From contig JAKVBD010000028.1 in NCBI GenBank assembly GCA_022446985.1, positions 1 through 59,446 of the forward strand: a stretch of 59,446 nt of DNA, given 5' to 3'. A program made the translations under genes and the position numbers. Each line of letters starts with the position of its first letter. The first letter of the stretch is position 1. Source of the DNA: Lentisphaerales bacterium. GTDB lineage: Bacteria; Verrucomicrobiota; Lentisphaeria; Lentisphaerales; Lentisphaeraceae. Shown piece by piece: positions 30,843 through 38,714 of this stretch. The notes beneath the pieces are model-generated. The model was given only the letters and a program-made list of their open reading frames with translations. It searched no databases and had not been told where the DNA came from.

Positions 30843-31637
30843 ATGAGCTTAGAGAACTTATTTGAAAAACTTTGGCAGCAGTATTCTGAAACTAATCTTC
30901 AGGCATTGCAGATTCATACCTTATTTAAGGAGAGAGGCGAAGAGGTAGTAAATGACCATATAGCTTTTAGAACTTTTGGATTGCCAAAAATTAATATAGA
31001 AGCTTTGGCAAAATTTTTTAAGGCTTATGGCTATGAAGAAAAAGGTCAGTACGAGTTTAAAGCTAAAAAACTCAGAGCCAAACATTATGAAAAAGAGGGG
31101 TGCCCCAGAGTTTTTATCAGTGAATTGAAAGTTGAAGAGTTTTCCGACAGTCTTCAAAAAACACTATCTAAACTAATTGAGCAAGTAGGTCAGAGTGCTT
31201 TGAATGATGAGAGTTTATTATATTCTGGAATTGTATGGAATAGCATTTCCTGGCCAACTTATGAAAAACTAAAGAAGGAAAGTGAATATGCTTCCTGGTT
31301 GGCAGTTTTCGGTTATGTCGCTAATCATTTTACGGTTTCTGTAAACGAACTTAAGACCTTTGCTGGAATTTCAGAAGTTAATGAGTTTTTAAAAGATAAT
31401 GGCTTTTCTTTGAACGTAAGTGGTGGAGAAATCAAAGGGACTAAAGAAGAATGCTTGCTTCAATCCTCGACGCTTGCTTCAGAAATACGAACTCCATTAA
31501 AAGAAAGCGAATACGTATTACCAGGATGTTATTACGAGTTCGCAGAAAGGGTTGATTTACCGAATGGCCAGCTTTTCAATGGTTTTATTGCTAAGTCCGC
31601 AGATAAAATCTTTGAAAGTACAAATTTTCAAGATTAA
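30843..31637 (+). CDS. Hypothetical protein, possibly DUF1338 (YdcJ/HglS-like) family
   Basis: Contains DHIAFRTF, which resembles the conserved DUF1338 segment. 264 aa is shorter than HglS/YdcJ. Translationally linked to astD. Assignment is tentative. Confidence 0.4.
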   Translation: MSLENLFEKLWQQYSETNLQALQIHTLFKERGEEVVNDHIAFRTFGLPKINIEALAKFFKAYGYEEKGQYEFKAKKLRAKHYEKEGCPRVFISELKVEEFSDSLQKTLSKLIEQVGQSALNDESLLYSGIVWNSISWPTYEKLKKESEYASWLAVFGYVANHFTVSVNELKTFAGISEVNEFLKDNGFSLNVSGGEIKGTKEECLLQSSTLASEIRTPLKESEYVLPGCYYEFAERVDLPNGQLFNGFIAKSADKIFESTNFQD

Positions 31638-31747
31638 AAAAATGACAATTTTGCTTGAAGTGATGACAGGAGTTATCTTAAAAGCAGTTATGTTTTATAC
31701 TAAGAGAGAAAGTTCATAATATGCTTGTGTAATGACGAGGTAGCTTA

Positions 31748-33238
31748 ATGGCTAAAGTAAAATTTAAGACCCAGACTAATTTAGATGTAGAAGGTTCCAG
31801 CAGGAGTTCAGGTAGACGATCAGGTAGAACGACTGGTAGGAATTCAGGACGTGTTAGCAGCCTTAATCAAGAAGCTGCTTCTGCTAAAAAGAAAAGCGGT
31901 GGAGTACTGGCCTTTTTGGTATTTATGATTTTGGCAGGTGGTGGTGGCGCTGCGGCATTTTTCTACCTGGATAAGCAAAAAGAAGTAACTTCATACATAA
32001 TTACCAAGCAAGAAGCCGACCTCGTTCGCCAAGTCAATAAGCGCTTGGAGCTTCCAGCACAATCTCTCAGTCAATTGAATTTCATTCTTGGTGATTTAGA
32101 AAATTTTGAAAGAAAATTCACAATTGCTCAGATTGCGACTGTGAATGGTAAAGAAGTTCGGTTTGTTAGCCCGCATATTGAAGAGATGAGCAAAGTTAAA
32201 CTGGATGTAATTGAAGGTATTGCTTCTGCAAAAAGAGATAAATATCGCGTTGTTGACTACGATAATATTCAACAAACGCTTGAGAAAGCGCGTATAGAGA
32301 AAGAACGTCTAGCTCTTGAAGAGCGCCAAAAGCAAGAAGAAGCAGAACGTATTGCAGCTCAGAAAAGAGCCAAAGAAGAAGCTGCCGCGGCAATTGTAGC
32401 TAAAGGTGAAGCTTTAGATGAAGGTAAGATGGATGTTCGTTGGGAAGTTCTTGACTCTCTCATGTTTGACCGCTCAATGTTCCGTCCACTTGAAGGAAAG
32501 TTTTCATTTAACTTTGTGTCTTCTATTGAGCTGGTAGACCCTTGGGTTAAATTCCCTCTAGATGCGCAAAAAGAATGGGGCAATGGCATATCTAAGATTT
32601 ATGCTTCAGCTCGAAATACTTTTGGTATCATTTCAAATTCAGGTACTGACTATCGCGGATTTAAAATGTTCTATGAGAAGCGCGAAGGAACAATCATGAA
32701 CATTTCAAAACAGCAATTCAGAATTCGTGTTGTTGATAATGTCGAAGGTATGGAAATTCCTCGATCTTTAGAGCGCGATATCATCGATATGCCGATGCAC
32801 GAGTTTTATAATCTACTGAAGCAGGCAGTTCTTCCTGAGAACCTTGCTAAAAGTAAAAATGCTTCTAAAAACTGGGAAGCACTCAAGAAACTTCACCCTG
32901 GAATTTCAGAAGATCAGGTTCTTGAATTTGGTTATGCCTGTATCATGTATATGCTCAAAGAATTTCCTTCTTCTAGAAAGTCTATCGAAAGGGTGCAAGA
33001 GATTTCAACAGACCTTTTACTTGAAGAGATAAATTTTGTATCACCTAAACACAACCGTCGTGAAATGGATATGGGTATTCAAACGGCTCAAAGCCTTTAT
33101 GATGAAGGTAAACGTCAGGATACACTGTTAATACTTGAGAGAATGCGCGTTCGCTTTGAAGGGACTAAAGAATGGAGCGAGTACAAAGATCAGTTCGTGG
33201 CTCTTAAAGAAAGCGCCAATCAGATTAAGAAGCGCTAA
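31748..33238 (+). CDS. Hypothetical protein with an Arg/Ser/Gly-rich N-terminal tail, one TM helix and a coiled-coil region
   Basis: N-terminus SSRSSGRRSGRTTGRNSGRVSS, then a hydrophobic helix, then a KERLALEERQKQEEAERIAAQKRAKEE coiled coil. 496 aa. Confidence 0.5.
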   Translation: MAKVKFKTQTNLDVEGSSRSSGRRSGRTTGRNSGRVSSLNQEAASAKKKSGGVLAFLVFMILAGGGGAAAFFYLDKQKEVTSYIITKQEADLVRQVNKRLELPAQSLSQLNFILGDLENFERKFTIAQIATVNGKEVRFVSPHIEEMSKVKLDVIEGIASAKRDKYRVVDYDNIQQTLEKARIEKERLALEERQKQEEAERIAAQKRAKEEAAAAIVAKGEALDEGKMDVRWEVLDSLMFDRSMFRPLEGKFSFNFVSSIELVDPWVKFPLDAQKEWGNGISKIYASARNTFGIISNSGTDYRGFKMFYEKREGTIMNISKQQFRIRVVDNVEGMEIPRSLERDIIDMPMHEFYNLLKQAVLPENLAKSKNASKNWEALKKLHPGISEDQVLEFGYACIMYMLKEFPSSRKSIERVQEISTDLLLEEINFVSPKHNRREMDMGIQTAQSLYDEGKRQDTLLILERMRVRFEGTKEWSEYKDQFVALKESANQIKKR

Positions 33239-33261
33239 TTACTTAGTAAATATTTTTGAAA

Positions 33262-33290
33262 TAGCCGGCTCTAAAGCCGGCTATTTTATT
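33262..33290. terminator. Bidirectional hairpin terminator between convergent genes
   Basis: Perfect stem TAGCCGGCT/AGCCGGCTA with CTAA loop, followed by TTTTATT. Confidence 0.7.
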
Positions 33291-33302
33291 GTTATAGCGA
33301 TA

Positions 33303-33815
33303 TTATTTCTTGCCATTACGGCTTTTCTCAACTTCTTCAGAAGAGTCACCGCCGACGTGCTCAAGTAAGACATCGAACTTCATTTCCATGTCTTTGACCA
33401 GGGCCTTTAACCCACCGATATGATCACTGTTTGAATTTCCGACTTTGAAGATGGATTCCATCCAGGATCTCATGAGCTCTAACTGTTCGTTGAGAATCTT
33501 CGAGAAGAAGTCAGGTACAGTATTGATGATCTTGATCTGATCTGGAATTATATCTAGATCCCCAGCCGGTTTAGGAGCTGCTGCTACCGGAGCCATTTTT
33601 GTTTGTAGAGACTCAGCAAGAGCCTTCAACTGTTCCAGAGATTCGGAGTTGAGAGATAAAACCGCAGGTTCATTACTTTTTTGTGGTTGCATATTCGCCG
33701 CCAGTTCAGGTAATGCCTTCATTCCACCAGAGATGGAATCCCGAATCTGCTCTAAGCCTTCAGTGAACTGTCCCATTTGAACCAGGATTTGGGCCATTGG
33801 GTCAGACTCATCCAT
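33303..33815 (-). CDS. Small acidic hypothetical protein, last gene of the flotillin/AAA+ operon; true start may be an internal Met
   Basis: 170-aa ORF overlapping the 3' end of the giant gene by 64 nt. Helical, Glu/Leu-rich, no recognisable domain. Confidence 0.45.
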   Translation of the reverse strand: MDESDPMAQILVQMGQFTEGLEQIRDSISGGMKALPELAANMQPQKSNEPAVLSLNSESLEQLKALAESLQTKMAPVAAAPKPAGDLDIIPDQIKIINTVPDFFSKILNEQLELMRSWMESIFKVGNSNSDHIGGLKALVKDMEMKFDVLLEHVGGDSSEEVEKSRNGKK

Positions 33816-36800
33816 ACCTTGAAAAGTTGATTCTTTTCGAAAGTCTTGCGAATAGAAGCTAAACGAGCATTGTCTTCTTCAGTGCTATTGCCAAATAGCT
33901 CTTTAAAACGCAGCATATTAAATTCAGCTCCGGAAGTCAGAGTCTGAGATTCATTTTCGTAGTGAGACATGATGAGAGTTTCAAGCTCATTGTCATTCAT
34001 CACTGGTAGAATCTTTTCAACAATCTTATTCATGTTGCGATAAGACCCCTGCATCTTAAATGGCGGTTCGGTTCTATATTCATCTGCCATAGCAGCAGAA
34101 CGAATGTACTCAGCATTGACTTTGCTTATGACATCGCGGACAACCAGCATCTTTTTCATGACGCCATTTATCTCATTCATGTCTTCCACAGAATAATTGC
34201 CTTCAAACTCGAGGCCTTCACGACTGTCAGTCTCTGCCATTTTGATAAATGTATAAATGTCCTTCTGACTTTTGGCATTCAGCTTATTTAATACTGAATT
34301 TGAGGTCAGTGAGTTTTCTATATAACTCATATTAAAGACATTTGCAGTGTCTCCTATAATGTCACCAAGATTGTAGGTGTCAGCTCGGTTTGCTAACATA
34401 TCCGGAATCTGGAACTTGTCGCCACTTTCGTTATAAGGGTTACCAGCCATACAAACAACGACTTTACGGCCACGCAGATCGTAAGTCTTTGGTTGGCCTT
34501 TGTAGACACCTTCGATTTTTCTCTGGCCATCACAAAGAGAAATAAATTTCTGTAAAAGCTCTGGGTTTGAGTGCTGGATATCGTCCAGATATATCATGAC
34601 GTTATCGCCCATTTCAAAAGCCAGGTTCAGCTTTTTCATTTCTTCGCGAGCTGCAGCATTCGGCGCTTCAGAAGGGTCTAATGAAGTTACATGGTGGCCA
34701 ATAGCCGGAGCATTGATCTTCATGAAGATCAGTCCAAGACGATTGGAGATGTACTCCATGAGTGTTGTTTTACCGTATCCTGGAGGAGATATTAACAGTA
34801 ACATACCCATAAGGTCGGTACGCTTATTTTCTCCGGCAACACCGATCTGCTTTGCCAGGTTGTCACCTATGAGTTGGAGGTAGACTTCGTCGATTAATTT
34901 ATTTCGAACAAAGCTGCTGAGAATTCGTGGCTGGAACTCATTTAGTCGGAGCTCTTTACGATATTCTTCAGTAAGCTCTTTTTTGAGGTCCTGATATCTT
35001 AGATAGAGTGGAACGTCTCTTTCATCGAATTTACTTAAGCGCTCGATAAACTCATTGAAGTTCAGGCTGTAGTTTGCTTTCTCAATCAATTTATGAGAAC
35101 CGGTCATTTTCTCAATTGTAGCATTGACCGAAACTTCAATGATGTTGCGCTCATGAAGAGAGTCGGTGATAACTAAAGCTGCGGCTTCATCGATGTATTC
35201 ATCTAGTGCCGGTTTCTCAATAGTGTCGAGATAAGCAGCTAACCAATTGCGTACCAGTTCAAAACAACCTGTAATGTCAGAATCCAGCTTGTGAATAGCT
35301 TCTTTAAATTTTTGAGCATGAGCTTTACCGCGCAGGAAGTTGTCGAAACCATGACAGATCTCTGCGGCCTCTTTACTGATGACAAAATCGCGTCCACGAC
35401 AAAGTTCCTCGAAAAGATATTCTGCGGCATTCAATGCCGGGAAATCTGCAAATAGAGGTTCTTGCTCTGTGAATTTCTCGATGCCTTGTTCAATTTGTTT
35501 GATGAATGTCTCTTCCTTCTTTTGAGAAGGGAAGACTTCACGCATGTCACCAAAACTGCCAAGTTTAATCTTAAGATTCTCTTTCACTGCTTCATCAGCA
35601 AACTTAACCCAGTAAATAGAGGCTAAAGCACGAGCCTGACTGCTGAAACGCAGAAGACCAATTGACGCGCTGATACTAATGAGCTGCCTGAGAATTTTAG
35701 CTGCATCAAAGTCATGGATACCTTTGACGTAATTCTCTTTATAACGCGGCCCCATGAAAACTTGTACGGCTTTGTGAAGTTCTTCTTCAGAGAGTGCATC
35801 CAGTTCAGTAAGATCCTTTTCCAACTCTCCATTGCGAGCAGCACGGTACATTTTATAAGCGAGGTACTCGCCGCGATACACTTGTGCATTTTCGGAAGCC
35901 GTTTCCATTGACCACAAGTCTTTAGTGGATAAAAACTCAGGATGTTCAATTCTTTCAAAGAACTTAGTGCCAGTTAAGTGGAAGAATTGATCGTCATCTT
36001 TTTGAATGATTGTCAGGTCAAGATTCTGCTGGTTGAAAGAGAACTTATGCTTACCAAGTTTAATCGTGTTGTCATCACCATAAAGATCATTTTTGTCTTT
36101 GAGCTGGCGAACAGTATCTTCACGAATTGTTTTTATGCGGCCTTCGATATCATCGGCCTTAACAGAGTCGCCAAGTTCTTTCAAGTTTGCAACGATGTCG
36201 CGAACTTTGTCGATCATTAAATCAGCAGCGAAGTAAGAGTTGATCTCATTGACTTCTTTGAAAGTTTGAACGCGGTTTTTGACACCACTTAATATACGCT
36301 CAGCAGCGCTCATTAAGGAGGTCGTTCTCTTATTCAGAGCTTCCTGAAGAGAAACTTTCTTAGATTCAAAAGCATTGTAGGCTTCATCGCGCTTTTCAGT
36401 GATTTGAACTATAAAATCATCAAATTCACTGAAGCGTCCTTCAAGCTCTTCTAACTGGATCATGACCTTAGTGAGGTATTCATCGCAGTTTGCTGGAGTT
36501 TCACATACATCGAGGTAATTAATGACACTCTGATTCAAGAGCTTCATCTGAGCATTGAACTCAGCAACGCCCTCGACACTCATCAGGTCTTTGATCTTGT
36601 TTTTTAGACCGGCTTTAATCTGATTCAGTTTAGAGAAAATAGTAGAAATGCTATCGATGATGCGAGTCGTCTGAGTTGCATCCGCGATCTTTAGATTACT
36701 GACTATTTCAATGAGCATTTCCAGCTCGGAAGAAGTCTCGACTATGCCTTTTTCAATTTTCTCACCTTCAATGGCAATAGTCAATTCATCTATTGCTTTG

Positions 36801-38617
36801 GCCAGGTCATCGACAAGTTTCTTGAAAGGATCAAGAGCTTCATCGAGAAGTAGGAATTCAACACACTTTTGAGACAGCTTGTCGACTTGCTCTTTGACTT
36901 GAGCCTCGAGCTCTTCCAAAAATGGAATGTTGATGTAACGGACTTCTTTAAGGGAAATGATTTCACCTCTTAAGCCGCGCAATTCAGCCAGGTTTTTAAC
37001 AAAACTGTTTATCTCATCGAATTTAGCATAGGTTACGCCTTTAAGAGCTTTTTCAGCTTTCTCTTTAATCTCTTTCGATTGAGAGTCGGCAGTTTTCTTG
37101 AGAGTTCTGACTTTTTCATATTCATCAATAGCCGAACTACTGGTTTGTTTGATTTGAACCAGAGGTTCCGTAAGATTACCGGCTTCTTCTTTATTTAACC
37201 AGAAGTAAGTGTCGATGACATCCGTAGCTTTTTTGACGATGTCTATGTAAAGTCCGGCATATGAGTCTTCTTTGTTGAGAAGAGTTAAGACTTCATAACA
37301 CTCTGCCATGCAACGGACGATATCTATGTTGCCGATTTTGTATAAGAAATGGTCGGCATGAGCGTTATCAACGTTGACGTAATCTGAATGACAATAAGGT
37401 GTTTTCCAAAGCTGAATAGCGTGATGTTTCTGCGGTTCTCCATCTGATTTAAAGAACACCATATCGCCGTTATTGAACAGTGAGTAACCGTGACAAACGG
37501 TGGGTGTTTCAACAGATTGGTTAATCAGATTATATGAAAGCAGTACGTAAATTGTGTCCTGGCGATTAAAAAATGTATATAAGAAATCTTCGCCATTTGG
37601 AGAGATTGTTCGACGCTCAAAAACCATGTCATTGATGTCAGTGTCGAAACGCTTGTACTCACCAGTTTGCAGGTAGTAACCTTTAGAGAAAATAATGCCG
37701 TGGTCATCTGGAAGAAGTATACAACAATCTTCAATGTCATCTATGCGTGTGGCCGTTTGCATTTTCTCGTTGAAAACGATGTAGCGGTACTGTTGTTCCT
37801 GATAAGGACGAATCTTAAGTAGAATCAGGCTGCCAAGAGCGGCATAGTGAATTTCTGCATCGTCAAGAGTCTGGTCTTTGTGCTCGACTTCTTCTTCATA
37901 GATACCGCTGCCATCGGCTGTGTTGTCTTCAACTTTTATAGTTAAATCACCACCAATAGTTTCTACAAAAAATCTTTCATCTATAGATATGTGGCCGTGC
38001 TTGCCATCGCGGTGCATGTCGCGAGTAGTGCGTGTCCATTCAAATTCGTGTTGCGCCGGGTAAGTGTATTCGTGAACACTACGGTCATCAATATATGTTA
38101 ATGTGTCGTCATTAATTTGCCATTTAAAGACTTTGAGATCTGTAATGCTTTCGCCAATCTGGAAAACAAAGTACAGGTTGTGGCCTTTAATAGTGAACTT
38201 AACAAAACGGGCTTTTTTATAGTATTTGAAAAAGTCATTAAAGTTGGCGATGAAGTTGTTATCTTCGATAAGTGAAAGATCATCGCGAACAAAAGTCCCG
38301 TCTTGATAATGATAGACAGCAAATATATCGGCTAGACTGATCTCTGATTTGAGTCCCATGACAACATTGTAGCCAAAGAGGAACTTGTCGCCGATAACAG
38401 CGATGTCCTGCGCTATGCAGTTATTGTCTGTGCTGATTCGCTCATTGCTGATGAGAGTTGTTTCAACTGAACCAAATATGTCTTTACGAAAGCCATTCAG
38501 CTTTTCGAGTCGTGTGCGCAGCTCGTCGCCTTGATTCTCAAGACGTTTACGAATGATCTCGTAAGTACCTCCTTCGAGTTCTACGCCAGCTGCATCTTTA
38601 TTGTCGTCTTCTGACAT
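33752..38617 (-). CDS. Giant (1621 aa) protein: about 450-aa beta-rich N-terminal domain, about 800-aa alpha-helical/coiled-coil middle, and a C-terminal MoxR/dynein-related (AAA_5-type) AAA+ ATPase module
   Basis: GGAGG RBS. Single P-loop LLLISPPGYGKTTLMEY at about residue 1270. Walker B VMIYLDDIQH. Sensor-1 VVVCMAGNPY with MLANRAD, typical of MoxR/midasin/McrB-type AAA+. No other nucleotide-binding motif seen in the 1250 upstream residues. Confidence 0.7.
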   Translation of the reverse strand: MSEDDNKDAAGVELEGGTYEIIRKRLENQGDELRTRLEKLNGFRKDIFGSVETTLISNERISTDNNCIAQDIAVIGDKFLFGYNVVMGLKSEISLADIFAVYHYQDGTFVRDDLSLIEDNNFIANFNDFFKYYKKARFVKFTIKGHNLYFVFQIGESITDLKVFKWQINDDTLTYIDDRSVHEYTYPAQHEFEWTRTTRDMHRDGKHGHISIDERFFVETIGGDLTIKVEDNTADGSGIYEEEVEHKDQTLDDAEIHYAALGSLILLKIRPYQEQQYRYIVFNEKMQTATRIDDIEDCCILLPDDHGIIFSKGYYLQTGEYKRFDTDINDMVFERRTISPNGEDFLYTFFNRQDTIYVLLSYNLINQSVETPTVCHGYSLFNNGDMVFFKSDGEPQKHHAIQLWKTPYCHSDYVNVDNAHADHFLYKIGNIDIVRCMAECYEVLTLLNKEDSYAGLYIDIVKKATDVIDTYFWLNKEEAGNLTEPLVQIKQTSSSAIDEYEKVRTLKKTADSQSKEIKEKAEKALKGVTYAKFDEINSFVKNLAELRGLRGEIISLKEVRYINIPFLEELEAQVKEQVDKLSQKCVEFLLLDEALDPFKKLVDDLAKAIDELTIAIEGEKIEKGIVETSSELEMLIEIVSNLKIADATQTTRIIDSISTIFSKLNQIKAGLKNKIKDLMSVEGVAEFNAQMKLLNQSVINYLDVCETPANCDEYLTKVMIQLEELEGRFSEFDDFIVQITEKRDEAYNAFESKKVSLQEALNKRTTSLMSAAERILSGVKNRVQTFKEVNEINSYFAADLMIDKVRDIVANLKELGDSVKADDIEGRIKTIREDTVRQLKDKNDLYGDDNTIKLGKHKFSFNQQNLDLTIIQKDDDQFFHLTGTKFFERIEHPEFLSTKDLWSMETASENAQVYRGEYLAYKMYRAARNGELEKDLTELDALSEEELHKAVQVFMGPRYKENYVKGIHDFDAAKILRQLISISASIGLLRFSSQARALASIYWVKFADEAVKENLKIKLGSFGDMREVFPSQKKEETFIKQIEQGIEKFTEQEPLFADFPALNAAEYLFEELCRGRDFVISKEAAEICHGFDNFLRGKAHAQKFKEAIHKLDSDITGCFELVRNWLAAYLDTIEKPALDEYIDEAAALVITDSLHERNIIEVSVNATIEKMTGSHKLIEKANYSLNFNEFIERLSKFDERDVPLYLRYQDLKKELTEEYRKELRLNEFQPRILSSFVRNKLIDEVYLQLIGDNLAKQIGVAGENKRTDLMGMLLLISPPGYGKTTLMEYISNRLGLIFMKINAPAIGHHVTSLDPSEAPNAAAREEMKKLNLAFEMGDNVMIYLDDIQHSNPELLQKFISLCDGQRKIEGVYKGQPKTYDLRGRKVVVCMAGNPYNESGDKFQIPDMLANRADTYNLGDIIGDTANVFNMSYIENSLTSNSVLNKLNAKSQKDIYTFIKMAETDSREGLEFEGNYSVEDMNEINGVMKKMLVVRDVISKVNAEYIRSAAMADEYRTEPPFKMQGSYRNMNKIVEKILPVMNDNELETLIMSHYENESQTLTSGAEFNMLRFKELFGNSTEEDNARLASIRKTFEKNQLFKVWMSLTQWPKSWFKWDSSLKA

Positions 38618-38652
38618 GGTGTTGCACCTCCTAAAATTAAGTCACTTGTGAT

Positions 38653-38708
38653 CCAGGGGCAGTCGCCCCTGGCGTTACATGAACAGGATTTCTCCCTCAA
38701 AATCCTGT
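38653..38708 (-). promoter_or_regulatory. Two strong hairpins in the flotillin to giant-gene intergenic region (intra-operon attenuator or processing site)
   Basis: CCAGGGGC-AGTC-GCCCCTGG (8-bp GC-rich stem) and ACAGGATT-N10-AATCCTGT (8-bp stem), lying between the stop at 38715 and the start at 38617. Confidence 0.4.
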
Positions 38709-38714
38709 CGTGAC

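Noticed and set aside
33303-33815. Alternative interpretation that the 170-aa ORF is spurious
   Set aside because: Kept as a feature at low confidence because it is co-directional, terminator-bounded and helical with plausible composition. The annotated start may be too far upstream (internal Met at about 33722 removes the overlap).
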